DNA of 64,000 nt from Octopus sinensis (GCF_006345805.1 NC_043005.1:70184001-70248000); one strand, 5' to 3'. Counted from the first letter of the stretch, positions 14,331 to 27,195 are shown. Notes: generated by a model from the sequence alone, not told the origin. Made by a program: numbers and translations.

Positions 14331-14677
14331 CGCTGCAGACCTCGATTAAATTCAGGCGACTCGCTGATGAAGCTGGCCTTAGCAAACATATTCTGTGTTT
14401 TGCTAGAAAGAAGCAGAAACCGCGGTACGAGTTGTTAAAGTTATCGGTAAACGTTTTTGATTTTCACTCTCGATAAATTCATCCCCTTTTTGTGTTCCCA
14501 GCACTCGGCATCTTTATTTAGGAGCCCTTAATTGTATAACTACATGAATAATATGTTTCTATATGAATAATATTTTTGTCTTATGACTAATTCGTCTTTT
14601 GTGCTGGGCACCTGGTAGTAAATAATATTACTACTCTTCTTGTTTATATATATATAATATATATATATATAATATAT

Positions 14678-14725
<48 letters not shown>

Positions 14726-15192
14726 ATATATATATATATAAGCATGTATGTATATCCGTATGTATATATTATAAGAGTGTATGAAATATTTTATACACAG
14801 AGAGGAGACCTTTGACCGGATCCTTACATGCTAGAAAGGGAAGTTAAAATGTAAACCACGAAGAAAAAACGAATTCGTGAAACACGCTGTTATAACACTA
14901 GAAAGGTAAAAAAAAACCACATGAAGCAGTTTTTCCCGAGCTCGAGTTTCACTATTAATTGCCAAATTAACTAATTTGGAATCTATAGATCATCAACAAG
15001 ATCGCTAATTAATAAATAATAAATAGTTGCAAATACGTACCGAAAACAAGTGCGCAAGACACTTACATCTTTATCCATTATGGACTAGGACTAAGTGCGC
15101 GAGCGCAAGCATACAGTCCAGCAGTAAATAAACAATTTCAGACCGTTAGCTCTTACATGCATTTTTTTCTCTCTTTGTTTCTTTTCTGTGTA

Positions 15193-15230
15193 TCTTTCTG
15201 TCGAAGAGCGTAGGCTCGAAACGTTAAAGA
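15193..15230 (+). ncRNA. Minimal type-I hammerhead-ribozyme-like motif (probably degenerate, Penelope-type)
   Basis: TCTTT-CTGTCGA-A-GAGC-GTAG-GCTC-GAAAC-GTT-AAAGA. Stem I is TCTTT/AAAGA, stem II is GAGC/GCTC, helix III is the palindromic ACGT, and the triplet is GUU. The core reads CUGUCGA instead of CUGANGA. Confidence 0.5.
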
Positions 15231-15330
15231 CTTGTTCTATTTCTATTCCTGAGCGCCAAACTAATACATTTGTTTCTTTGTACTCCACCTGACTTCGTAT
15301 TTTGTTTATTTTCGTAAACCTTCCCGTTAT

Positions 15331-15414
<84 letters not shown>

Positions 15415-16889
15415 CATATATACATATATATACACAAACACTTACGTACACTCTGACACACACAACACACACACACATATATATAATCGTACATACATGC
15501 ATATATATGCATCTAGTTTTAAAGCGTATTCTGCCTTCATTTAACTCATTGTCAGAGTAAAATGCTGTGCTCTCATTTACTGACAACGACTAGGAATGTC
15601 GTCGTTGATCGACTTCCGAACTGTTAATATCTCAAACTTTTGAGAGTCATAATCTTTGGAATCATATTGTCCAATGAATCAATATCGAAGGAACTCTTTG
15701 CTCATCCCATCAACAGCATGAAACTAAGCTATGTTAATGCGCTCTCGTAGCAACAAAAATGTCATTGCGCCCTTCATAACAAAGAAAGCTACACATGAAA
15801 AAAAAACTTGCTAAAAGCCATTCCAAGATATCAGGTAATTGTACCTTTCCTTATAAACTTTCATTTCATTTATATACTTATTTTTGTGTATTTCGTTGTA
15901 ATAAAAATATTTAGAAAATAGCAATAATCATTGTAAAATTTCCTTTTCAACCATAAATGTTAACTAATTACAAAACATTTAAAACATTATTATTAACATT
16001 TAGCGCAGAGCTTTAATTTATAAAGCGATTTTTGAAATATTTTTCTTTCGTTCTGATTTTTGTCAAAGATTTGCACAGAAAGCCACGCTCACACAGACAT
16101 ACAGACCACAAACGCACAAACGCGCATGAATTTCACATATTCTGTGTTGATTAGTTCTGAAAGAATTTGATTTTCTCTCCCTCTCTCTCCCCCTCTCTCT
16201 CTCTCCCCCGCTATCTCTCTCTCTCTCTCTACCCGTCCCTCTTTCTGTCACTTTTGCTGTGAGAATAATGAAAATTTCGAGAGGAAATTTTCTAAAAATT
16301 TACTGTAGTTCACACCAACATTATTACCTTTAATAACAGTAGCTATTAAGAAGAAAGAGGAAGAAATTTATTTAAACAAGGCTAATGGTGGAAGCTTTGC
16401 CAAAATAGGCAGTTTTCAGATAGCCTACAAAAATTAGAGTTGAAGCAAAAATAGGTTTTTAAAATGATACATACTTGTTAATTTGGCTATGCACTTTTAC
16501 GGGCCACGCTTATAAATTGTCTAGGTTTTTATGTGAAATTTGAATCAACATACCAGTGTGGTGAAACATTTTATTAAATGTAATAACACGTCTGTCGCAG
16601 AGATTGTCAACACATGACTCAAATACGGACATTATATATACAAGAAGCAAGATATGACTTCATCGTGCATTTTAATTTGAATACTGAGCCTTTTTTGCCA
16701 TCACGATTGGAGGGTCCTATGCAACTGTCCCTCAGTTTTACCACTGTGTAGGACTTAGTGTAACACTAAACGAAAGTAGATATATTCTAAGAAAAAGGTT
16801 GTTAAACAAATTCGAGTCGGATTCGACGTCAACGCATCTTAGCAGACAAAGAAGCTTGATTATGTACAGTATGCCTTGTTTATATATAA

Positions 16890-18055
16890 CTAGCAGCATA
16901 GCCGGCGTTGCCCGGGTATGTAAGAGCTCCTAGTAGGCAACGACTAATCCCAACCTAGTCCTTTCCCTCTAGGGAACGAAGGCGCATGTGTAGGTTGTAA
17001 TGTCTTCTCTTCACTCCCAAATAACTATCAAACAGCTATCGATAATTCAACCCAACCAATTCCTACCAGGAAGAAATTACATATGAGACTTTACCCCCAA
17101 CACCGCCACTTCTGCTAATAGCTGCTGCAGCCGCAAGTTACTTGAATACTTTTTTTGTTTAAACTTTCTTTATAACTACCACCCCAAACGTTTTACCTTA
17201 AATTTTTGACGTACCCTAAGGGTCCTCGGACGCTACTTGCAAACTCTTGGTTTATTATAAACCGCTTTTTTCGTGTGCACCAAAAAAACCTTTTCCGTTC
17301 GTCTGTTCAGTTTGGTAAAACTTTTCACATTTTCGTTGTTGTCACTCACATTGCTGCCCGCTTTTTTGTCATTTTTGTACATTTTTATACATTTTGGGAT
17401 ACTTACCCGACGTGTCCCGAGAGTTAAAAAGGTCGAGTTGCGTCCCTTAGACAGTCTGTGATTTGTGTTTAATACACAAATTGGTTTGCTATGTGTGCCA
17501 CATATGATATAATTAACCGATTTTTTTCCAGTAATAAAGTATCCTACTGGAATAAAAAGGGTCATATAGCTCCTTGGTGCCAACATGATGCTCGCTGTGA
17601 ATTTTTTTTAAATATCCTGCCAATTTGTGAAAGATATTGTCGAAAATTTTTTATCTTGAATTTGAACTCGATTTCCCAAAATGGCATGATTTTATCGATT
17701 TTTTCTGATGGTAAGGTATTGCATGGAAAACTAACGTCAGAATTAAGTTTCTTAGGGTTACTTTAAGTTTCACCATGAGTTTGGTGAAAATCGATTGCAA
17801 GTTGCGAAAACTACAACAGAAAATGTGTTGCATATAAAAAGCTTAGATTCTCGACCTCATGTCGAATTTATCGACTTTTCAGAACTGGGGGGAACTTTTC
17901 AAAGTTTTCGCTGCGTTAGATTTGAATTATGACATTGGGCTATGTGTGTGTCAAGTTTCATCAGAATCGGTTGAAAGCCGTGGTCAGGATGAGGGTCCAA
18001 CCTGACAGACACACAGACACACAGACAGACAAACTGCCGTTTATATATAGAGAGA
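16890..18055 (-). mobile_element. Full-length non-autonomous Helitron-like element (1166 bp)
   Basis: Minus strand starts A|TCTCTCTATATATAAACGGCAG with a (TCTG/TGTG) microsatellite. It ends with hairpin CCGGGCAACGCCGG followed by GCTGCTAG|T. A|T target, no TSD. Confidence 0.8.
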
Positions 18056-18094
18056 TGCCGGTATAGCCTATATAATAGGCGCAGGCGTTGATTA

Positions 18095-18270
18095 TATTGG
18101 CGCAGGCGTGGATGTGTAGTAAATAGTTTGCTTTATAACCATATGGCACCGGGTTCGGTTCCACAGCATCATTTCCTGGGCAAATGTGTTCTACTTTAAT
18201 CTCAGGTCTAGCACTACCAAAGCCTTGTGAGTGGATTTAGTAGACATAAACCGAAAGAAGCTAGTCATAT
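18095..18270 (+). mobile_element. Family B SINE, 5' half
   Basis: GGCGCAGGCGTGG...CCGGGTTCGGTTCC...CCAAAGCCTTGTGAGTGGATTTAGTAGAC. Confidence 0.8.
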
Positions 18271-18299
18271 ATATATCTTCCGGAAGGGAGTAGTAGCAA

Positions 18300-18450
18300 T
18301 AAGGAGTTCAGGCTTGTTGTTGTGTACGCCCCTACAGGGTCTAGGCAACCGGATTTCTTAAAGTGTAAGAATTTTTGTTTTCAGAATGTCCCTAACTTTA
18401 CTACTAGTAGGTGACTGGAATGCTACCTTCGAACTAACTTTGGATTGTAG
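18300..18450 (+). mobile_element. L1/Tx1-like APE endonuclease remnant
   Basis: FRLVVVYAPTGSRQPDF followed, after a frameshift, by LLLVGDWNA. Confidence 0.65.
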
Positions 18451-18470
18451 GGTAAACTTCACATATCTGC

Positions 18471-18680
18471 TCAAATATTTCCAACTGACAGATAACGACC
18501 TTCCAGATCATGTTTAGAGAATGTTCTCTGCATCGCAGCATATGGTTTGTTCACATTTTCATATTCTCGGATTGAGAGGGCACCTTTTTGGTTTTTCTCC
18601 ACGGTCATCAAGGATAATCTTCGTAGGCAGGCTAGTTTCCGGAAGATAATCGCGTACATTCTGATGTGCCAAGCTTATCG
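18471..18680 (-). mobile_element. Possible non-LTR RT fragment
   Basis: RRL...EKNQKG...YENV...YLSVGN loosely follows the RT domain 2-3 pattern (QxGF...D.xKAFD). Weak match. Confidence 0.3.
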
Positions 18681-19439
18681 TGAATAGGTTAGCGAATTAG
18701 AGAAGCTATGTTGATAGGAGTGATTCTCAACAAATGGTGACTTTCGTCTTGAAAAGTGCGATTCAGGTTGAATCTCTAAGGTTCAGTAGGTTTATAGTGA
18801 TAAATAAAACTTGAGTAACGTCAGGTTTACCAGATTGATTCAAAACATATTTTCGTAATTCAAGTTGTAATTAATAATTCAAATAAATTTTATACGAAAC
18901 CAAAATATATCCCATCATATTCTATTATCTGTTGCCACCGTTTTGCCTGAAGCTCAATGCCGTGCTTATAGCATTTGGCTGGCTTAAGGGTAAAAATCTC
19001 TCAAGCAAAGTATCATCTACCCCCAACAAAAGGTCCCTCTAGCCATGGTTTTATCTTCGATGTTGGTATAATCTTACTTGATACGTCTGAATCAGTTTTG
19101 TGCCACATGTACTTTGACAAATGTTGGGCTTCCGACATCATTAATTTCTTTTGCCACTACACTCACGTTGAGTTATTTTATCCACAAGTAACGACTTTGA
19201 TAGCAGTTTCCACAGTTAGCGGCCTAAATTGAATTTGTTTGACTACATATCAGACACGCCAACAAAAGAGAAAAGGAAACGATTTCTTGTCAAAACTCTG
19301 AATCCGACTTTATTGACTCATACAATCCGAAAACGATATCCATTTATTATCACCAGGTCAAGATTTTAAGATACCGGATCCATAAAATTCTAAAGAAAAA
19401 CGAGTAAAATTCTTAAAATTTCCTGAGATAACTGACATC

Positions 19440-20720
19440 ATCGTTCATAATTAATTTCTCCTGAATTTGTGTTTCGATGATTTTCTTGACTGATGGACCC
19501 TAGGAGGATTACGACCAAGTTCCAGCAATGGTCTCATATGCAAGTCCCAACTTTCATGGTACCTTTGTTTCCAGAGGGAAACATTCTCCCCGTTTGTCAC
19601 TTGTGTCTCCAAGATTTTCAAGGAATTTATCAAAGAGACTGTGAATACAGTGCAGCTCATATTTGCTCCCCACTTTTGAAAATGTCATCGATATTTCAGT
19701 ATAGTTGGCTGCTTTCTTGCTGCCCAGAAAGTAATTTACAACTCTTATTGCAAATGAATTGCATGCAGTTGCTTTAATGCAGATCGTTAAATTTACTAAA
19801 TTCTCATATTTCATTGATGTTCTGATCTGATGCACATGCAATGCTTCAGCTTTTATCTTTTCACTGCTCAAGCTAGGAAATGTGTTGCAGATATAGTGAA
19901 AGAATGATCCATCTTTATCCAGAGCTTTAACAAAGTGTTTCATAATGCCACGTTCGATATGGAGTGGAGGTAAGATGATTATCCCCGTTTGAATTAAAGG
20001 CTCTGCAACCACATTAAGATACCCTTGAACTAATGTTCGCTGCACCCAGTCTTAGATCACACAATGTTTTTCCTTGGCTCTGCTGTCCCTCTCACATAAA
20101 ATGTATGGGCATTTCGTCTATCAATCTTGCTGCCCAAGGAGAAAATTGTTCATTTTAAAGTCCGTATATATCATCTAATGATAATTGTGGTATTTAATTT
20201 TCTGTAGCGTTGCTTGCAAGACTTCATTTCCTATTTTGTAGAATGAGCAACTGGAAAAGAAGCTAATAAATTCCCATTAAGAAGCAGAATACATCTCAAA
20301 CTTCTTTTCGAGGTATCAATTATAATACTCAAACTAATTGCGTCAAATTCCGCTAATCACATCATCTCAAGTAGTCCCTCAATCTTTGTGCAATACACTA
20401 ACTCATCATTTTCTGTGAAAAACGGAAAAAATTCAGCATCACTAGTAGAATAGAAGGTGCCATTGCTTCCTTTTCAAAGAAGAATTTTTAAAATTTTAAT
20501 CGAGGCGCGAGAGTTTCTCCAGATTCTTTGCTAAGTGTTAGTCTTTTACCAAACCACCGAATTCAATTTAATCAACTAAATATGGGTCTGATGAACTAGT
20601 GCCTACGTAATCCAGATCATCTTTAGTTTCATTTGGCTCGGGCTATACTTCCTGGTCAATAAGCTGATGAAGTTTTGTAGTAATTTTTACAGATGCCTCT
20701 TTCTTAAAAATTAGGTGAGT
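19440..20720 (-). mobile_element. Decayed DNA transposase resembling the CMC/Chapaev3 type
   Basis: LVYC...IDTSKRSLRCILLLNGN...VAHS...DFKM.NFLLGQQ...DSRAKE...LPPLHIERGIMKHFVKALDKDG...HSLFDKFLENLGDTSDKRGE...RYHESWDLHM, with many stops. Family name is from recalled motifs. Confidence 0.75.
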
Positions 20721-20832
20721 TGCGAAAATTAGGGTATTTAGTTATTCTAATTTCTAGATCTCATCGTAAAAGCGAATTCGATTTTTGGATACATCATATC
20801 GAAAAAACATTGTTCTGACAATAAAATACCCA

Positions 20833-21606
20833 TTGGAAGGCAGCGAGCTGGCAGAAACGTTAGCACACCGGGCGAAATGCGTAGCCGTATTTCGTCCGCC
20901 GTTACATTCTAAGTTCAAATTCCGCCGAGGTCGACTTTGACTTTCATCCTTTTGGGATCGATAAATTAAGTACCAGTTACGCACTGGGGTAGATATAGTC
21001 GACTTAATCCGTTTGTCCCATCTGTGTTTAGCCCCTTGTGGGTAGTAAAGAAATAGGTTTTTCTTCTGCTGCTACATTCTGAGTTCAAATTCCGCCGAGG
21101 TGGACTTTGACCTTCATCCTTTTGGGGTCGATAAATTAAGTACCAGTTACGCACTGGGGTAGATATAGTCTACTTAATTCGTTTGTCTGTCCTTGTTTGT
21201 CCCCTCTGTGTTTAGCCCCTTGTGGGTAGTAAAGAAATAGGTATTTCGTCTGCCGTTACGATCTGAGTTCAAATTCCTCCGAGGTCGACTTTGCTTTTCA
21301 TCATTTCGGGGTCGATTAAATAAGTAGCAGTTAAGCACTGGGGTCGATATAATCGACTTAATCCGTTTGTCCGTCCTTGTTTGTCTTCTTAGTGTTTAGC
21401 CCCTTGTGGGTAGTAAAGAAATAGAAATTGGTATTGCGCCCGTCGCTACGTTTTGAGTTCAAATCCCGCTAACGTCAACTTTGTCTTTCATCCTTTCGCG
21501 GTCAATAAATAAAATTCCAATGAAACACTGGGATCAATGTAATTGACAAGTCTCCCTTCCCAAAATGTCAGACCTTGCACCTATAGTGGAAAGGATTATT
21601 TTTATT
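20833..21606 (+). mobile_element. Family A SINE tetramer: one head, four B-box/core units
   Basis: B boxes at about 20911, 21081, 21265 and 21455. Units 1-3 end in tail T1 (...GTGGGTAGTAAAGAAATAG). Unit 4 ends in tail T2 (...CCTTGCACCTATAGTGGAAAGGATTATT). Confidence 0.9.
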
Positions 21607-21619
21607 ACTATTAATACAG

Positions 21620-21800
21620 CTAGTTGGTGAGAATGGCCTGCGTAGGGACATTTCATCCAGCTCTTTACAATCTTATTTCAAATTCCGCCGTGGTTGATAT
21701 TGCCTCTCATCCTTTCTCTATCAATGATACAGTACCAGTTGTGCACTGTAACTGATGTAATCGATTTTCACCTCCCCTTTATTTGCTGGCCTTGTGCTGA
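21620..21800 (+). mobile_element. Degenerate family A SINE with tail T3
   Basis: TTCAAATTCCGCCGTGGTTGATATTGCCTCTCATCC...GTACCAGTTG...TTGCTGGCCTTGTGC. Confidence 0.6.
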
Positions 21801-23579
21801 ATTATGAAATAATTTCATGACTATAATCTTAACTATGTTTGAATGCTTAAATTGCTACAGAAAATGTATATTTAATCTATTTCGCGACCCTGAATTTAAG
21901 AGACCCTACTTTTATAAATACGCGAATATAGACAGGATATTGAAAAGGAATTTCTTTTATTAATCCTAGAAGGAAAAACGCTTGCTTCAGACAAATTTGC
22001 GAGCAGAACACGACACATTCTCTGTGCAGCAATATTTTCAGTCTACAATGTCTAACACTCCATCATTATGGCAATAATAAGCGCTTTTGTTACTGTAGTA
22101 ATAACAGCAATATTTTAACAATTATTATTAAAGAATATTATAAATATCATCAAAATACAAAGCATTAATTATATTGGAAAACACGATTCCTAATTCATGC
22201 CACATCAACAATTTGTTGATTTCTGAGAAAAGCTTAATTTAGTATTAATCTGGATTGTGAATTATGATACAGATTTTATTTTATTGTGTTTCTTTGATTG
22301 CTGCCTTGCTTGTTAACATTTTTGAGATGCTAATCTGGATTCTAGAGAAAAATAATGAAAACGAGGAAGAAATGAAAGCTAAAAGGATTGAAAAAACGAA
22401 ATAGAAAGAGATTAAAATGAATTTCAAAAAATACGAGAAAAGAAGAGAAAGAAAATGGAATTACAAAATGAATAAAGCAAAAGATTTGCAGTAAATGGAA
22501 GAAGAAAATATAAAAATATTAAGAGGAATTGCAAAAAATAATACCCTTCAACAGAGAGAAGAATATCAAAATATTGAAGTAGAAGAACTTGTTAACAGGA
22601 GCGTAAATGAAAACGAAGAAAACATATACTGTGTAAGGAAATAAAGATCTAATGGTGGAAATATTAGATATCTGTTGGTGATTGTGGTAACAAAAAATAG
22701 TGAGTGGGGGATTAGTCAATTAAATCGATTATAGTACTTGACTGGTACGTTATTTTCTCGAATCGAAAGTAATAAAAATAATCGTTGCGTAATCGAATCT
22801 TAAATCAGATGTTAAAGCTGTAATGAAGTACCGCAATGCATTTTGTCTAGTGATCTAATAATTTTATCAAGCGACTGCCCTCTTTATTTTATGCTGAAGA
22901 AAAAACAAAATGCCAATGCAGTGACTCTGAGAATTACATGGTAGAGAGACGATGTTATCCTGTTTTTAGGGCATACGTGATTTCCTTACAGCCATCTAGA
23001 GTTCTAGATAGAAGTATTAACCCTATGGTGTACTACGTCTACCAGCCAGGTAACTTATGTGGAGGTTTAAGTCAGAACAGGAATGCAAAATACAAATACT
23101 ACAACGTATCAGCTCCGATGTCCTGGTCGTTTTGAAAATTCACCGTCCTTGTTTTTGTGCATTTTATCGAACTCAAATGGCAGAAAGGCAAAACTGACCT
23201 GGGCAGGATTCGAACTCAGTATTCATAGGAGTGTAGGTAAAAATCGCAACGCTTGAAGGATTCTGCGAATTCGTCAACTGAAACCATAAATGTTTATTTC
23301 TAGTTTAGGCACATGACTATTAATATTCGGAGTAAGAGTAAGACTGATATTTTAACTTAAGAACCCCAAACAGGATGAAGTCAAAGCTGGCGTCGGTGGC
23401 GCTTGAACGCAGAATATGAATACTCTGAACCAGATGTTTCTTCTAGCGTTCTAATAATTCACCTTCGAATCTGCAAATAATGGTTCAAAGTTTCATTTAG
23501 ATCAAATTCAGTTTGCATCCATTGAGACATATAAAAACTATTATTACATACTGAAAACAATATCCCCCAAGCAATAGAA

Positions 23580-23792
23580 TTGTGGTTTCAAATTTCGGCA
23601 CAAGGCCAGCAGTTTCGGAGAGGAGGTAAATCGGTTACATCGACTCCTGTGTTAAATTGGTACCTATTTTATCTACCCCGAAAGGATGGATGGCAAAGTC
23701 GACATCGGTGGAATATGAACTCAGAACGTAAAGACGAGCCAAATACCACTAGGAATTTTGTCCAGTTTCTTAACGGTTCTGCCAGCATGCCA
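23580..23792 (-). mobile_element. Family A SINE monomer with tail T3
   Basis: Minus-strand head and core, then tail ...AAACTGCTGGCCTTGTGCCGAAATTTGAAACCACAAT. Confidence 0.8.
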
Positions 23793-26639
23793 CCTTATAG
23801 ACTATTAAAAACGAAATTAGTAACTCCAAAGTAGCTGTTACTTGAGCCTAGATTATACCTAATCGGACAAATCTCTGATAAAAGAAATTCCATTTGTATG
23901 GCTCTCGTTTTTAAGACTGTGGTGTCAAATTCGAGGGAAATATTGGTGTTACTTTTAGCTAATATTCCTCCGTCCGGCGTTGTCACTTAAGAAACAATCA
24001 AACGGAAAATTATTAAAGTTTGTATTCCTACATTATCATTTCAAATCATATCAGTTAAGGCTTGGCCTTCCCTATGCAGATTTCCATAAGATCCATTAAT
24101 AATATTTAGTGTACACAAGATACTGGTATACAAATTTACGGTAGTCAGCTTTGATTTGATGATGTTAAAATATCTAATTACATGGCTATAGTTAGTCCTT
24201 GTACTTTAAAGCGTGATAATATTTCCAGACGGACACGTAGGGTATCTATAACATGTTAAACTAAAGAGTAGAATCCATATATTCAACCATTATTGTAGTT
24301 GTTAAATTTCAGTCATAGACACAATACAGTCAGCTGTACCACGTTGCTCTCTAAATTATTCTTTTGTACGTTGTCAAAATATTCATTTCCGAACAAAAGA
24401 TTACAAAAGAAATATACAAAGAGAAGAATGGGAGAAACAAATTGAAAACAAGAATCTTTATGTTCCAGCGACACTAAATTACATAAATAATATATTGAAA
24501 AGCATTGGAAGTTGATAAAAGTAAATTTTAAGAACAGGTGTATAAAAACAAGAACAAACTATTCCAAAACGAAAAACAATTATAAAAATAAGCTTTAAAA
24601 TGTAACGAAACATGAAGACTATAAAAACAAAGAAAGGTATATTTTTAAAAATAGTTGTTTATTCTTGTTCCATTTATTATTTAATCGTAGTTCCAACAAA
24701 ATGATTATTATTTAATCGTTTTATGTTGGATGACATAATCGCTACAGCGACGAAGAAAATTCATTGCACTATTAATATATGAAATTATAAAGACGTTTTA
24801 CAGACTGAATCATTAAACACAAGAACAAAACATTTGATATTTTTCCAGCTCTTTAAGTTTCGTGATCAAGTTACTCTGAATTAATATTTTAAGTTCATCG
24901 ATTCAGGGTCGATAAAACAGAGTATTAGGGCTGATGAATTTCCCTAAATACCTCCTTTCAAAATTGAAAACGTTGTATCCTGAAATAGAGATTAGCAGTA
25001 ACAGAAGCAGTAGTAGTTACTTTACAAAGTATGCAGTCACAGAGCACCTAATGAATTGGAATATATTCACGCTTTGTTTTATGTAATTTATGTAATTTAT
25101 TTTGATGTAGGCTAATAGGTTTTTGAATTCACGAAAGTTGATTCGACATATCGGTTTGAGGATTTTGGAAAAAATTAAATAAGCTTTGTTACGCAAAACA
25201 ATCTGCGTAACTTCTGGATTTGCGGTAAAGCGTACCTTCCAAGAACCTGGTTGTTGAGTACATGCTCTCAGTAATTTTGCATATAATTTTATTGAGATTA
25301 CAAATATAAAAGAGATGATAAAAATATCTTATGGAAATTAAGCAAGATACTCAAAATCTGACGTTAACTATTTGGAAAATACATAGAACGCTAATATATT
25401 TGCAATTTAAAACCGATACTGGTGATAGCGCAAATTTACATAACGCTACAATACCAAAGTTAATTTTAGCAATGTCTTGAGAAATGAACTGTAAAGGAAA
25501 AAGCTCACCTAGAATATATCGAAAAATTATGCAGCCAAGTTTCTGCCTCCATGGTTTGACAATTTTATCGGCGAAAAATCAGTATGATAAATTACATACT
25601 TTATTATCTGAGAAAGAATATCGGTTTCAGAGCAGCTTCAAAGAATTTACATTAAGCTCTGGTGAATCTATGGGGTAATACGATCATCGTTTAAGAGAGG
25701 ATGTGGGGCTATGTACTTCATTCTATGATCCGAGGATGTGGTAAGATAACATGGTGAGTTGGCGTTCTACGCTCCGTTCAGACGCTTGGACTGTAACATA
25801 GAGTAAAACAGATACAACAGACATAGTTAGGGACGTCGATCCAGAAACGTGTTTTTTTTTTTAAATAGGGTACAAGCATGTTTCAAGCAACAAAGAGAAA
25901 GAAATGTCGCATTGTTGGACAGAGTCTGCTAAGGCATGCAGCTTCCAGGGCCCCACAAAATAACATACTGCCATCTCGGCGCCTTAATCCAACGTGTGTG
26001 AAGAGGCGAAACCAAGTACTGCAAGGTAGAGTGTCCAGTTGTTATATATGTAGAAATATGGACTATGTGAGGGCATTTTCTCCAAAGAGGTAAAAGGTTG
26101 TGTAGGATAGGAGGGACAGCAGTAATAAAAGACAAGTGATTTTGACAAGGGAACACATTTCACATATTTGGGAATGGATGAGGTAACTGCCTCGGATTTT
26201 CTCTGTTCTTCTGCAATGGAAACTATCATATCTTTGCTTGCTTGTGTTTAAAGAGTGATGAAAATGTAATAATGCGTTTTACAATTTTCCCGAAAGGGAA
26301 GTACATATTGTGTAATATAATTTAAAGGCAGGTCAGTAAAAGGTATTACTGGCATATGACTTTTGAATGCGATTTGGCGTAGGCTGAATACTGGCTATTC
26401 AACGAAAAACTAACTAGTGCGGAATATGTCGTGACAGAACATTCAAGTATCCGTCAACTGAATTCCTAGTGCCACATGGAAGGAATATTAGTCTGAATAA
26501 TGCGGCCGTGGTATATGTGTATGTGCGTGCGTATGCATAACTTTGTTACTACGTAGTTTTGTGTTCAGTATTATTGCATAGAGCTTTCAACAAATATAAA
26601 ATCCAGGGACCAAAAGGAACTGGCTGAATCGTTTCCACA

Positions 26640-26770
26640 CAGGGCAAAATGATTAACGGCATTTCTTCGTTTTTCAAGCTCTGACTTCAAACGCCAGCAG
26701 GGTCATTTTTGCTTTTCATTCTTTTCGGAGTTGAAACAATAAGTAGCAGTTGAGCACTGGGGTTATTGAC
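26640..26770 (+). mobile_element. Degenerate family A SINE
   Basis: GGGCAAAATG...CTTCAAACGCC...GCTTTTCATTCTTTTCGGAGTTGA...AAGTAGCAGTTGAGCACTGGGG. Confidence 0.55.
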
Positions 26771-26989
26771 TTACACCCAAATTCACCTTGTTAGTAAATT
26801 TATTCGACGAAAACCGCATGAAAGACCGCCTATTTGGTGTTGTATGTATGTATGTGTGTGTGTGTGTGAGTGAGTGAGTGTGTGTATGTATGTGTGTGTA
26901 AGTGTGTGTGAGAGAGAGAGTGAGTGAGTGTGCGTGTGTGTGTGTATGTACGTGTGTGTGTGTGTATGTATATGAGTATACGCACTTAG

Positions 26990-27190
26990 GTATTGTGTTT
27001 GTTTCTGCATCGGTTGGCAACTGCAGTTAATTTGCTGAAGTCCACCTATCAAAGCGGCCCAGCAACACAGCTCTATAGAATAAGAACCTGAGCTATAAAA
27101 ATACGAGGCAGAAGTTGATCCGTTCAGTTGCACCATGTAAGGCGACGCGGCAGTGTGTTCGCTGTTTAATGACTGTAAGAAGTAAAGAGT
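26990..27190 (+). mobile_element. Degenerate family B SINE, 3' half
   Basis: After a (TG)n tract: ...ATAGAATAAG...TGACTGTAAGAAGTAAAGAGT, resembling the family B tail. Confidence 0.5.
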
Positions 27191-27195
27191 ATATG

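Noticed and set aside
20833-21606. Regularly spaced repeats suggestive of a CRISPR array
   Set aside because: The whole 170-190-bp unit is repeated with no unique spacers, it is SINE-derived, the context is eukaryotic, and there are no cas genes.
24182-24245. Other possible minus-strand exons (24182-24245, 36392-36419, 57137-57172)
   Set aside because: Weak acceptor or donor signals and no recognisable peptides. Such AG...GT pairs are frequent in AT-rich DNA.
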